Positions 49,994 to 63,050 of a stretch of DNA of 64,000 nt are shown here, piece by piece. Location of the stretch: NCBI GenBank assembly GCA_030295235.1, contig AP026169.1:372001-436000 (forward strand). Reading direction: 5' to 3'. The stretch comes from Fistulifera solaris (lineage: Eukaryota). The notes under the pieces were generated by a model. That model did not search any database. It saw nothing but the letters and a program-made list of their open reading frames with translations, and was not told the origin of the DNA. Numbering within the stretch: position 1 is the first letter of the stretch; each line of letters opens with the position of its first letter. Both the position numbers and the translations under genes were made by a program.

Positions 49994-52900
49994 ATGATCA
50001 AAAATTGGCAGGGCATGCTCAGCCCCTCCAAAAAGAAGCGTTCATTTCAACCCGACCAGCATTCCGTCGTCGATGAATATTCGCGAACTGCTGAAAACAA
50101 TACACCGGAGGATCGAAAAAATGGGAGATTGATGCGAATGAATGTTCTTAAATCACCTCCGATCGACGCAGAAGTAGAAGACTCGTCATCGCCGGGGGTA
50201 TTTGCGAGGAGACGGAGGTCTATCACGGGGGACGAGCCCCAAATAGGAGCGTCACCTTCGTATGAAGATGCGGAAAAGAAAGCTGGATTAAAACAAAATA
50301 TTCGTGGCTTTTTTTACGCGAAAGAAATCCATGTCGAAAAAGGAAAGTGAAGAAATGATGGTGCATTCACCCAGCAACATGGTGGATGACGATGATAGTG
50401 AAAATGATATCGAACAAAGCTACCTCGAAGAGATTTTCAAGCGGAAACAAGCCGCCATGCATTCGTTGGATCAGGAGGAAATATCCGAGAGTCAATACAG
50501 TGCGGCGGAAAGTAATGTCGTGGGCGACAACAAGTCACGGCGCGGAAGGAGAAGGTCGGTGACCAAGTTGATGGCCGAAGCACGCCGGCGTGACGAAGAA
50601 AAAAAGTGCTTTGGACGGCATCTCTCCTGGGGGTGGGTTGCCGGTCGTATTAGACAATGTATCGCGGAGACGTCGAAGATCATTGCATGCTCGACCATTG
50701 GACGCACCTTCTGGTAGAGAGGCCACTGACGCGATGGATGGACGAAAGGAGCCGAACATGGTGCGACCACTCAAAGCTAGCGTTTCGTCTGTAGATAATG
50801 CTACCGCGGAAGCTACTGAGAAAAGGACGTACACGTATCGTGGATCAGCAGACGTTCAAGCTAGTTCTAATCGGAAAAGCCATACGACAGAAGATGTTGA
50901 CGAGAGAAAAGGGGTGAGAGGGCGTGAATCACAAATTAGCCGCAATGATGATGAAAATGATGTATTGAAGAATGACAGGAGAAAAAGTCACAGTGAAAAA
51001 GTAATTCGCGATTCTGGTGACAATTATCCGTATTCTGAAAGCGAAGCGAAAAGAAAATCAAATGTATCACGTAAAACAGAACAGCAAAGGATGTCTCCTG
51101 AAGACAAACGGATGAGAGACAGCGGCGACAACTTCACGAAATCCCGTGGAGATGGACATGAACAAAGGCGGAACAGTGTCGTCAGTGATAAAGGAATAAG
51201 GAAAGACCGTTATGCAAGGGACCGCTCTCGGAGCCCGGCCTCTGGACCGAAAGGTCGTTCACGATCGAAAGGTCGAAATCATGCCAGGTCACCCACACGC
51301 CATAGGTCCAAGAGTAGAAGAAGGAGGCCGGAGTTTGACGAATTTCGCGAGAGAAGGCGGTCGAAAAGTAGACATCGTTCTTCACTGGTTTCCCCGAAAA
51401 ACAATGATGATGGACATAGACGGCGCGGAAGTAGCAGCAATATGAATAGAGACCCGGATGGAGCCAGGGAACGCGGTATTGGTGATAAAGAGAAAAAGCT
51501 AAAGCGTGATTCTCACAACGTCAGGGAGGGTACTAAAGGGAAAGATCATGATCGACAGCATGAAAGAGACCGTGAAGAAAATAGGAGAAGCCCCAAGGAT
51601 GACCGCGTCCCGAGAGATCCACACGGTAGGGGAGTCAGCGAAGGGGGTCAGACGATCTCGTCGAGCCAACGATGACCACTCCTCTGCGCGTTCGTTCTTA
51701 TCGGACTCTGCGTCTTCTTTCGATTCTTTTTCGCAGCAAAGTAGGAATGGGTCGACGTCTAGCAATAGGGAGGAAATAATCAGGGGTGGGCACACGTCAC
51801 CACGTCGCAAGATGTCGAGAAGCAAGGACAAGCTAAAAAGCTACCTTCCGTCTGATGAGAGGACTAGGTCCAAGCAGAGTCGTGATTTAAGGTCACCGTC
51901 CACTATCAGCAGCAAACAAAAGATTGACTTACGCAAATCCAGAACTGAGGGCAGTGGAAAACATACGAAATCGTGGACGGAGAAGGATTTGTCTGAGGCA
52001 CAAAGTCATCACTCCCGCAATTCTGAGGCATGTAACGAATCATTTTCAGAAAAAACTGGTGCCGCTGTGGCGAAAAATGTGATTCTTCCCGAAAAGACCC
52101 AAGAGGAGAGTAAAAATGAAGCATCCAATGCGATTATCTCTGTGGCTGCGGAACCTTCTTCGGAGACGGGTCGTTTAGTTGCCCAAGATAAGAATGGGGC
52201 AATAGGCGGAGCGGAAAGGGCCAATGATGAACACGTCGTTTCTGGTCCTGATCCTCCTTCAAATGGGAAGCGCTCACGTAATCGACGTGTTGCGCTGACC
52301 TCAATACTCTGACAGCGACGTCGGAGGGGGAGCGAGAGGCGGACATACTGTCACTTTGCTCATCTTACAGCAAACCTTTGGTGCCTGCACGGACTTCGTA
52401 TCACTCTGAACTGTTTATTAAGGTACCTGACGATTGCAGTAACATGATAAGTTCAGATCGGCATGATTTAATTTACGATGATAGTGGGACGGGTGTTCCT
52501 TGGTTGCACCATTTGGAACAAGTCGTGCCAAATTCATCTGTTGACAAGCCACAAGAATGTCGCAACACTGCAAATGACTCGTCATCATCGTTTAATCACG
52601 ACGAGATAACTGTCACGAAGCAAATAAATGAGACCGATCATAACCATGAATATCATGATGAAAACGTTACGGTGGTGATGCAGGCGGATTATTGTGAACC
52701 AGCCTTTTTTGATGTTGCTGATGATGAGGCCAAAGTGAATCTTGTTCGAGATGGAACATCAAACAAGGTATTACAGTCACACGAAATTGATTCGCAAGCG
52801 AAGCAATATTATTATGAGAACGACAAATTGAGTGCTAATTCAGAAACATTTGATGATGCCTTGTCGATTGGGGCGAAGAACCTCTGTTGGCCGTGAAGGA

Positions 52901-53902
52901 AACAGAGCAGAGTGAGATGACTGCATCTTTTAAAGAGGACAAACCTGAAAAAGGTCAAACTGGCACGAGCCCTCCTCCCGCAAACCTCGGTGCGGATAAA
53001 GATATGGACAATCCACGCGACTGGGAAAAGATGCAACAGGATTATCATAGTGTCGATTTCGAGGGGCAAGTGAATCCAGACAAGTCGTCAAACCAATCGT
53101 ATATGACAAATCGCTTAGTGCATGATGACAAGTCAGAAAAGTCACTTGAGCTCGAGCTGCCTTCGGAGACGAAGATTAGACTTGAGGGTCCTGATGATAG
53201 TACTCATGATGTCTCCTCGACAAGAGATGTTGGCATCACGTCCAGTGCTACCCACCCCGTAAGCAAAGAAACAATTTGGCGACAACAGCTATCGATTCAG
53301 CGAATCAAGAATCGACGTCCATAGTAGATTGGTCTCGCGACAAAAGTCACGAGTCGGCTGGAGCCTGGATAAGCTGCGAAGTAACACCCAGCGAACCATC
53401 TCAGAATTCTATTTTGTCTTCTCCCGTGTCTAGCCGAGGCCGCGACAGATCGAGGAAGTCGGTGAAGGGATCGTCAAAGAAGGGTGACGAACATAAGCGA
53501 ACAAATCTACGGAACAAACAAGACCACCACGATGCATCCGACAATCGCAGTCTCTCGCCCATACGAAGAAACTCAGAAAACAGAGTTTCCAGTGATGCCA
53601 GTTCACGTGATAGTAAGATTTCTTCGTGGAGACCCCCCAAACCAAATGAGATGGGCACCGATGAAAGCAACAAGACTTTACAGATGCGAAGGAGGCGCTC
53701 ATCTCGCCGAATGGATAGTCATCGCGAAGTAAATAAGAACGACGCGACCTCTGTTGAGTATGACGAAGAGGATGTTTTCACACTATACAAATGGTCAGGG
53801 AATCGGCAAGATGAAAGTAAGATTCGAGGAGAGAGACTTGCTTTGAGAAAGTCGATAAAGGCGCTGTCTTTTTTAAGTGCTTTCGAGACCGTTGGTATTT
53901 AA
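49994..53902 (+). CDS. Large disordered Ser/Arg/Asp-rich hypothetical protein, split by about 5 frameshifts
   Basis: Chain of overlapping or near-abutting + ORFs (49994, 50304, 50590, 51506, 52378, 52887, 53276) of similar composition; RS-rich block 51210-51380. No domain recognised. Confidence 0.55.
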
Positions 53903-53986
53903 AGGAATGAGACTAAGGTACTAAACATGCACCAGATATTGACCAATACTTTCTCGCTTTTATCCAGGCTACATTTACAGTATTAT

Positions 53987-55960
53987 TCAGTTTTCCAGCA
54001 TTACATCGTCACCGTTGTTTTCGCTACTCGGTTCGTCACATAATCCAAAGATCCCACCACCGCTACTACTCGATCTCATAAAACTAGCATGAGCAGCTGT
54101 GAAAAAGCTCCGCTTCTTTCGTGTGTCCGATTTCAGCATTAGCTCTACCCCGTCGCTACTAAAACTCCGTTGAACGTCACGAAGTTTGCGACCAATCTGA
54201 CTAAACCGTGATTTTATCCCGTGTTCTGGCCGAACTTGCCGATCCTGATCGGTCGCGTCATCCTCGTGCTCCAAGTTACCGGCATCAGACTCTTCGAAGT
54301 TTATTGCTGCACTTTCACCCAGATCATACACTGGTAAGTGTGGCACATCGCTTTCTGCTACAGCTCTTGCCAATCTCAAGGTGCTCTCGCTTTCAACATT
54401 ATGATCCTTGGACAATTCTTGAACAAATCCTTTCTCGTTCAATGTAAACTGCATGAACGTGGCCGCAACCGCATTTGTGTCGTGTGACGACGTATCAGAA
54501 GCTGAGCTCAGCGATTTTCTTGATGCGCCATAATCCAGCGCCGATACATCGGTGGAACCACTTCTGTTAAGATAAGACCTTTTGGATCGAGGCGAAACTC
54601 TTGCCTTATGAGACCTACTAGTCGTAGGTGGGGGCTTGTTTGCATGATTTCTTCGCCCCCGTCTTGTGGGTCTTACTTCCAAACCGGAATCTTCCGAAAT
54701 TCGACTGTCAGCAAGGCTTACTTGCGCGGAACCCAGTGTACGTCGGTGTATGGAATCATCAATGGCTCTTGGAAGGAAGTTCGCCAGAGGATCGATGCTA
54801 AAATCATCGCTATTGCTGAATACCGTACTTGTAAGTTGAACATTGCCGATGCTGTTATCGTCGTCGGCGCTCCGTTCCGAGTCGGAATGAGATCTTGTAA
54901 AATAGCGATCCGTTGAATCACTGGGACCTTTCAGTGGCTGTTTGATAGAATGGTCCTTATTTTTCTTCTCTCCAGAAACGCGACGTGGTGTAACACTATC
55001 ACTTTTGCTGCTTTCATTCGGATGGTTCTTTTCACCCGAGGTCCGTCGTGGTGTAGCTCCCTGCTCGCGATTTTTATCGCTAGAGGTCTGCCGCGGCGTG
55101 TTGCTCTCACTGTTGCTGATTTTCAAGTTATCTTTTTCTCCCGATGTCCGTCGTGGCGCAGCAGTCTCCGTTTTGCTTTTACCCAAGTTGTTCTTTTCTC
55201 CCGAGCTCCGTCGCGGAGCAGTAGTCTCACTTTTGATATTTCCTACATTGTTCTTTTTCTCCCGAAATCCGTCGCGGCGCAGCAGTCTCCGTTTTGCTGT
55301 TGCTCGGATTGTTCTTTTCTCCCGAGGTCCGCCGCGGAAGAGCCCCTAACTCCGTTTGCCCCGTTTCTCCGGACGTACGTCGTTGGGTTGCTTTCTCTAG
55401 TTTGTTGCTCATACCACTGTTTTCTCCCGAACGCAGCGCTGTTCCATTGTTTCGATCCACTTTTTCTCCCCGAACTACGTCGTTTCGTTGGGCTGGTTTC
55501 GTTTCGTTTTATTATTCGTTCTGGCATGGCGGGTTGGAGAGCATTATCTTTCATAATTACATCCTTTGTTGAATCCACCGGAACGGCTGTTGCTATTTCC
55601 TCATTCAACGATTCAATACCCGTGACGATATTCATTCTCTCCTTGCCATGACTGAAGGGAGTATCGAATACAATAGTCCAAGTAATACCGGCACGTTCCC
55701 CTTGCAAGGACTTTCGAGCCAGAATATTCCGCGAAAGGGGGAGACCCCGCTGCCGGACGTTTCACAGCCTTTGCAGCCGGTGGATCCTCTTTACGTGTCG
55801 TCGGTCGACTATCATCCCTGCTCCGAGACCGTCGCCGCGGGGAAGCATCCGCCGGTGCTCGCAGATTACTTGTGCTGCGTCGTGGCGGTGAAGCCCTCGC
55901 GACTCTCCGTCGCCGTCCGGGAATAACAGGAGAGGCTGTGTATGGATTCGACTCCCCTCA
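53987..55960 (-). CDS. Disordered hypothetical protein with PRR(T/S)SGEK repeats; start uncertain
   Basis: Overlapping minus ORFs ending at 53987; open frame extends to ~55950; frameshifts at T-runs. Confidence 0.55.
54955..55500 (-). repeat. Degenerate coding tandem repeat, ~50-63 nt unit, about 10 copies
   Basis: Recurrent + strand TTTTCTCCCGA..CGTCG(C/T)GG, encoding PRRxSGEK. Confidence 0.8.
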
Positions 55961-56502
55961 TGGTGTTCATTGCAATAAAGTTGACAGCCTACGTTCTTAT
56001 CTTTCTTCTTGCATCTTCATGCTCTCTAGTTGTTTATTATCACTATTCGTCCGGAAGTTCATTGTTGTCGTCGTGTTTTGCTGGCACTATCCGTTCGTGA
56101 CTTGCAAGTCGGGAAGTATTCTTTTGTATCCGCGGCTTTTGCAGTTTGGCGCACTCCGTAGGTCATGGTCATAGAACGTTCCATAAGTCATACCAGTAGA
56201 GTTGTTCCTACTAAATGTCTTCTGTAGTACTGTACGTGTGGCCAGAACCAATAAGGCCTTTCATGCACGCTGGTTCCCATATACATACCTGTCTCTCCGT
56301 TACTCATTTGACTCGACATTGAATAATGGAAATTTGAAAATGCCAATTTCCCGGCATTTTAAGTTTACCTACATTTCTCACTCGATATAGGAAGCCCACA
56401 TGAAATAATGAAGTTGGCAACAAGCAACCAACACCTTAGAAAGAGCAACAATTTGTTTCAAACGTCATTTAAACCTCAATTTTCTTTGGAAACCCTGGAA
56501 CA

Positions 56503-57561
56503 ATGATCGGAGACACGACGAGTGAGTCTCATTCACCGAGAAAGACAAAACGAAGGACTATCTTTGGTTCGTTATTCGCTATTGCAGCTTTCTCGTCATG
56601 TCGGTTACGAGACACCTTTACCCGTGGAAACTTCGTCGACTTTTTATCCGAACCAGAAAACAAACGATCCCCTTTCTTCGGAGCTTTCCCGAATGTTGAG
56701 ACTGCCGAAAAACTCCACAACTTTTCCGATTTATCCGATCTCGTACAATTACAAAATCTGCCCGTACCTCACAATCTCAATATTCTATTCATGGGAGACT
56801 CTTTGACTCGGTATCAGTACCTTGACTTGGTTTATTTCTTATCCCACAATGGCACGTGGCCATCACCGGACGATACTCCGAATATGGTGCTGGAGAATAC
56901 GCACAAAAACGGCTGGGTCCAATTTTTCAATTTTACGAATGCAGCGTTACGACCGTATGAACAGTGCGATTGTTTTCGTCTCCACTCGGCCATCAAGGCC
57001 GTTGAGAATCGGTACTTTTATGATCCCGAACGCAACAACTCTGTAACATATTTGCAAAAGTTCGGAATGTATCCGTTCAAAAGTTCGTGGCATGTCACGG
57101 ATGTATACAAGGAACATGAGTTGGTACAACTGCCGTTGGCATTGTCGTTTGTACACAAAGACTTGGACTGGGCAGACGCCATTCGGGATTTCGTTTGTCA
57201 CATGTCTCCCAAACCGTCGGTATTCATTTTTAATGCGGGCATTTGGGCCGACCATGATTTGGTGAATGTTCAAATGCAAGAAAGGATTGTCGAGGCGCTC
57301 CAAGAATGCCAAATCGTGAGCATGTATAAGACCACCACCAAAATGAGTGATCAACTCAATCAGACTTGGGATGAGTACGAGCAACAGTTGTGCAATCTCA
57401 CGGACTATTGCATGGACTTGAGATGGACCGCAATCATTCCCGAGGAACATTTTTGGGATACGAAACACTTCCGTGAACCTATATATTCGATGATGAATAT
57501 TCAGCTGCTATCATTGCTCACTTCCAGCAACCTCATCGAATCCTTTGAAACGGTATCATGA
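56503..57561 (+). CDS. SGNH/GDSL-like (TBL/PC-esterase-like) acyltransferase or esterase, type II membrane topology
   Basis: ILFMGDSLTRYQY, FNAGIW, C-terminal DTKH (DxxH); short N-terminal hydrophobic anchor. Confidence 0.7.
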   Translation: MIGDTTSESHSPRKTKRRTIFGSLFAIAAFSSCRLRDTFTRGNFVDFLSEPENKRSPFFGAFPNVETAEKLHNFSDLSDLVQLQNLPVPHNLNILFMGDSLTRYQYLDLVYFLSHNGTWPSPDDTPNMVLENTHKNGWVQFFNFTNAALRPYEQCDCFRLHSAIKAVENRYFYDPERNNSVTYLQKFGMYPFKSSWHVTDVYKEHELVQLPLALSFVHKDLDWADAIRDFVCHMSPKPSVFIFNAGIWADHDLVNVQMQERIVEALQECQIVSMYKTTTKMSDQLNQTWDEYEQQLCNLTDYCMDLRWTAIIPEEHFWDTKHFREPIYSMMNIQLLSLLTSSNLIESFETVS

Positions 57562-58021
57562 AGCCTCAAGTTGCTTGAAAGAAATCAAACCACCGTAGCT
57601 GAGGTTTTTTATCCTATCTTAGACGCCAAAAACTTGCTTCGCACGACGCACAGACGTTTCTTGATCAAGTTGCTAAAACTAGCTAGGTTTATCACCAGAC
57701 AAAGCGAAAGAATTACTCGATATACTTCATCATGCATGAATTCATGACTCATCAACATGTGACTTGACGGGTTATAATTATTTTTTGATCGCATTGCCGA
57801 CAGTTTTGTCCTACCGAAACTCACCCAATGCACATCGTCAATCAAAAAAAGTCGTCGCCGTCGTCAAACAATTGCGGGCAAGCGAAACAATGAACTATAT
57901 TTTGACTTCTAATATCTTTAAGTATACACCAAAACTGCTTTTCCTCCCATTGCTGCGATGACATAAAGTAAACATTTCTTTCTTCAATCCTGCATACCAA
58001 CACAACCGCCATTCGCTCCGA

Positions 58022-59320
58022 TTATTCCTCTTGTACTGAGATCCCATGCAAACCGTCCACATAGTGCAACCAAGGAGCCCAGTGCTCATCATGGAAGAGT
58101 GTAACGAAACCCTCATCGTTCTTGGCATACGCTTGTGGGAAGTTGTGGAAATCAAAGTTATCCGGGGCACTAAAACTGAGCCGATCCTGGTGCATCACTG
58201 CGGGCACAGGACGAGGAGAAAAGAAATCTTTCCATTCTTTCCAGTGACCTTGTGTGGTGGGGATTAATAAAGCGCCTTTATTGCGGAGAGCATGTGGCTT
58301 ATACAATGGATTGAGAAAGCCGTGCTGGTATACCTCGTGGTGAATTTGGGGTCGCACCAAAACTTTGGACCGTCCTTTCCAGGATGGACACTGCGTTCCA
58401 CCTGGGAAACACTGATTGGGCGGACAAGGCGGCAGTCCCTTGGCACTTGTACAAAACGAACCGGCAGTGTACGAGTACACTTCTAGACCAAACAAACCCG
58501 ATTGCGGATCTCGAATAGGTACTCGTGTCGATCGGGGCAATTCGTTCAACGATAGAGGAACTTGGTGATCAAAGGTGTGCATAAACTTTCCCAAACTGAT
58601 CGAATTGTAGTCTTGATGCTCCCAAAGAAACTGCTTTAGCGTCTGATTCCGAGACAGCCACAAATACTCATCTACGTCCAACGGGAGAGCCCATGTGAAA
58701 TCTTGAGCATGATCACGCAAACATTCCTTTTCGACTTGATTCTGCCCATAATGTGTTCCTCGGGTCGAATTGGCCTTGATATGACCGGTATACAGGCTCA
58801 CTGTGACGTACGACAGGGCAATAAAGTCAGCCCAGGCCGCCGACTGCGTCACGGGCCAATCGGACAAATACCAGAAGAAGAAATGATCGACACCTAGGGC
58901 ACGGTAATACTCCATCCACAACAAAGCCTTGTTCAAGGAAAAGGAACCAAACATTGTTTTGTAACATATCGCAATCGAAATGTCTTCTGGGTGCTCATCG
59001 CGGGCAAATGTTGCGTTGGCAAGGCGTTCTTCCATGGTGTTACCGTAGACGACCTGCCGTTCGAGAGTCTGTCGACGCTGCAGATGTGCAGGCTTTCGTG
59101 TGATTACTGGATGCTTGCCGGTCGCTCCGGTAAAGTCGTTATCGCTGCGTTTGTATTGAATGCTTTGCAAGATATTCAAAATGGTGAATACAGCCGATAC
59201 TAAGACGCAGCAGACTACGCAGTACTTGCTAGCGGTACGAAGGAAGCGGAAAGAAAGGGGACTATCATTTGCGTTTTGGAAGGAATCTTTCCTTTCGATT
59301 TGGATATTGCTTTGGATCAT
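58022..59320 (-). CDS. GT92/DUF23-like glycosyltransferase (GT-A), type II membrane protein
   Basis: TM anchor, IAICYK, WMEYYRALGVDHFFFW, Q....ECL, WALPLDVDEYL, RSKVLVRP. Confidence 0.8.
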   Translation of the reverse strand: MIQSNIQIERKDSFQNANDSPLSFRFLRTASKYCVVCCVLVSAVFTILNILQSIQYKRSDNDFTGATGKHPVITRKPAHLQRRQTLERQVVYGNTMEERLANATFARDEHPEDISIAICYKTMFGSFSLNKALLWMEYYRALGVDHFFFWYLSDWPVTQSAAWADFIALSYVTVSLYTGHIKANSTRGTHYGQNQVEKECLRDHAQDFTWALPLDVDEYLWLSRNQTLKQFLWEHQDYNSISLGKFMHTFDHQVPLSLNELPRSTRVPIRDPQSGLFGLEVYSYTAGSFCTSAKGLPPCPPNQCFPGGTQCPSWKGRSKVLVRPQIHHEVYQHGFLNPLYKPHALRNKGALLIPTTQGHWKEWKDFFSPRPVPAVMHQDRLSFSAPDNFDFHNFPQAYAKNDEGFVTLFHDEHWAPWLHYVDGLHGISVQEE

Positions 59321-60308
59321 GGCTTGACGAAGCGTACCAGGTAAAGAGGGAAAAAGCGTGTTAATTTGTGAAAAATTGGGTGAACTAATTTCAAAGAAAT
59401 TGAATCGCTCCGCTCTTTCAAGTTTACCGTTTTTGTGGGATGTGAGACGGGTTGAACGGTTTTTGGTGCGAGGCAATACAATACTAGCCCAGATCCCAGA
59501 GAGCAGTCATTCTCGCCTGCGCAAGCTCGCAAGTCGCTTTTAAAAAGCATGATCGGCCCTATGGTCCTAATGGTGTATAGCTGCGAGATGTACGATGTAC
59601 CTGGTCGGCTGGTAGTTGGAGAGGTTGCAGGCGAGCTTATAAATTATAAAGCTAATTTTATTGTATCACTAGTCGAATATCGATATTTGTCGAACTATAG
59701 TTATCGCCCACAACAAACAAGAGACATGCACTTCGTAGATCATACTGCGTATTAATTATCAACTCCCCTTTAATCCCTACTGTAGCTGTTACCCGTTTCT
59801 TCGATTTTTCTCTTCAAGCTTAAAGCATTGTTCTGTAGATTGGACATGGGACATTGTAGCACAGAAATCAGAAACAATGCATAGTCACACCCGTGTTCAT
59901 TCAATCAAAAACCATACCGATAATTATTGGTGTGGCGTTTTTCATTTGATGGCAACGCTAAAGACTAAAGACGCTAAGGCTACCTGACATTTGACAACAA
60001 AGTATAAACCACGGATGCCGAATGTCCAACTAACGCGTAACGCCCTACACCTCCTCTTGCTGTGTCCTTCGAAATACGAACTGCGAGAAGCGAGACGCAT
60101 GACACCTTCCTTCATGCATGATGCATGATGCATGATCCAAGTGCTTCTTAGAGCCCACTTCCTAAGACTAGAGAGTAGAGAGGTATTTCGCACTTCGTTG
60201 TTCTTATCTCCAACCTCATCGTTTCTTTTGTATAAGGTCTACGGTGAAGTTTTCGTTTGGTCCTTTGGCCTTTTCGGTACTTGATTAAAGTACCAAAAGC
60301 CAAAAACG

Positions 60309-62744
60309 ATGAGTGCACGGTCCGAAGTCTTTGAAAATAATGTTAGCATGAATGTTATCTTTGTTTCTTTCATCATGAGTCGCTTAAGATTGACGGAAAC
60401 CAAAGGACGACGGTGGGTTTTTGCCGGCTTGTTGTTAATTGTTTTGGTTGTTTCCTTTGGATTGCAATTGTGGCATGCATCTCGTGTAACAATTCGAACA
60501 AATGCATCGACAACCAGCGCCGACCGCACCATTCCGTTGGTGGAAAACCTCGCGACACGCCTTCCGTCGGTCGACACTGCACATCTCCTACCAAAAGATG
60601 CCCAGGAAACTTCTCCCGCAGCTCTCATCTTCGACATTTTAAGCATAGGTTCACTGTCGCGTCCTGACTTTTGCAAGCACAACGCGAAACGATGGGACGA
60701 TATGCACGTCTCTTCGTTGGTGTCACTGAAGAAGACGATCATAGTGAACCGAATTGTTTGCTTACAAGAGAAGATGCTGAACAAATTACAACGTTCTGCA
60801 AAGTGGGTCGAAACAGTGTCCGAAATCTTCCACTGGATCAACCATATACAGCCTTGTATATAAAGAGACAAAATTATGGTGGTAACTTGAGCAAAAGAAT
60901 AACCCGGGAGGATGGTTGTGTGCCCAGAAGCGTGCGAATGATGGATTACAAATTGTTTTGCAGAAATTGCGACAATCGACGCTTCCCGATTACCTTGTGA
61001 TGATCGACGACGACACATTTGTGGATCTACCCCAACTTTCACACCACTTACAAACCATATATCCCGACTCATCAAAACCAGTCGTGATGGCAGGATGTTT
61101 GATACGATTCGGAGAAACATTTACCGTTCCGATTGGTGGTTCCGGGGTAATTCTGTCCAAAGGTGCCCTGATACGATTGTTGAAACCCATCTTGTGCACC
61201 AATACAACCTCCAGCAACGACGATGAGTTTCTACAAAATGCTTGTTTTCGTCTGCAGCAAAACTTATTCGGAGAGCGACAGTATTTTCGCGAAAACATGT
61301 CATTGGCTGACCTTATGCACGCCTACGTGTCCACCAATCGATTCGCCAACCACGCATCGTGGACAAAGGAATCATCATTCTGTCTCCATAGTGATTGGAT
61401 CTGGGGCATCTTTTTAATTTCTACAACGTTGGCGATGCGCTGGATCATCCCAGGCACCCGCAACCATACAATCGCATTACTTCGTATCGATTATCTGAGG
61501 ATAACTTCCGAGACCTCCCAAATGCGCAAACTCGGCCACTGCTAGGCCAATGTCGGTACGTGAGATCATGTCCACCGGAAGCTCATATATGTCATTATGT
61601 TACAGCCGATCAGATTCGTCAGGAAGGAAAACGCACCTTTACCGAACCGAAGTGGGTCAAACTTGATGCCCAAACACCAATTTTCGTTTTCTTGTATCCC
61701 GTTTTGAATCACACACTAGAGCAGAAGCAATTTCTCCATGACGGCATTCAAGAATCATCCCAGCTCACGCTGACTGACGATCCTTCGGAAGCGTCCTTTT
61801 GGATGGTCGATGTTCATCAGGCCGGATTGAATTTGCAACCTCTTTGCAACGATTTCCTCCAACTTGTACGGTCTGTCAACAGAGAAAAACGCGCCGTCAT
61901 TTTTGTCTACTGGAGCGATGAGCCCGTGGATTATTTCTGGGATTGCTATCAAGCCACGCGATTACTCGATAGTACCACGGTCTTTCGTTACAAGCGGTCC
62001 ATTGTGCAAGGACGACAGTGGAACGAGACGTTGCAGTTTGTGGAAAACGGGTCAATAATCAAGTTTGGCAATTGGAGGGACCATTCGGGCGGCCCAGTTC
62101 GACACATTGGATACGGGGTACGATCGGATCTTGTGCAAGGTCTGGAGTCCATATTGGACCATGCTAGTGTCTGGGGAGTCGAGCGGTCGGTGGATCTTTC
62201 CCATTTCTGGCCCTTACCGGAACCTAACGTTACAGGCAACAGGATGTATGAGCTGCGATTTGCAGTTAGTCAAGTCATTCATGACAAACTCTCCCCGACG
62301 CAAACAGTATTTGTAGGAGTGACTGAACCAACCAACGAAACGGACCCTGCTACAGCCCAGCCATCCTACTTGCGTCAACTCTTGCAATCAAAGATTGTTG
62401 TGGTTTCTCAAACCGATAGCTGGGAAGATAATTACCGCCTCATGGAAGCTCTTGTCTCGGGTGCTATGGTGATGACAGATCCTATGCTGACATTGCCCGT
62501 CGAACTTCAAGAGGACGTTTCAGTCGTCTACTACCGCAACCTTGATGAGCTAGTGACAAAGGCTCAACATTATTTGAATCATGAAAACGAGAGGATAGCA
62601 ATAGCCATGGCTGGATACAACGTTGCTATGAACCATCACCGGAGTTGGCATCTGGTCGAGCGAATGGTGTCAGAAGTGCGCGGAGTATTAACCGAGCGCA
62701 AAGCGCTCAATTCGTTGGATGCTTTTGTTACTGCTTCGCTTTAA
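60309..62744 (+). CDS. Two-domain glycosyltransferase: Fringe/GT31-like N-half plus Glyco_trans_1_2 (GT-B)-like C-half; frameshifted
   Basis: TM anchor; CAQKR...PDYLVMIDDDTFVD...GGSGVILSKGA...HSDW; then SKIVVV...WED.YRLMEAL.SGAMV...L......YL.H..ER..IA..GY...HH. Frameshifts near 60670, 60900 and 61410. Confidence 0.72.
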
Positions 62745-63050
62745 AGTGTTTTCTTTGCATTTTTGAAACTTAAAATCAAGCATTGGACACAGTAATACAA
62801 TAAGGATGAACAAAAATATACTCGTACGTAGTAGTATAATGCTGAGGATGTCACGGAGAGATTTCGCATATTTTTATTTATGTCGCAACGCGAATGAAGA
62901 CGTTTCGCTGTAGCGTTCCAAGTGGAACGTTTCGACGATGACAACGACAACCGCTCGCATACATTGCGCTGACACAAAAGCCGATGCACTATTATTCTTA
63001 TTCGACCGACAAAGAGCGGTGAATAAGTGCAAAAGAAAAGTCGTCAGGAT

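Noticed and set aside
49994..53902. Silaffin-like or SR splicing-factor identity for the large low-complexity protein
   Set aside because: No signal peptide, no KxxK repeat pattern and no RRM recognised.
60113..60136. Short tandem repeats (ATGCATG here; GTGCGGA near 31645; GAGAGC near 27607)
   Set aside because: Ordinary micro/minisatellite-like tracts with no further support for function.
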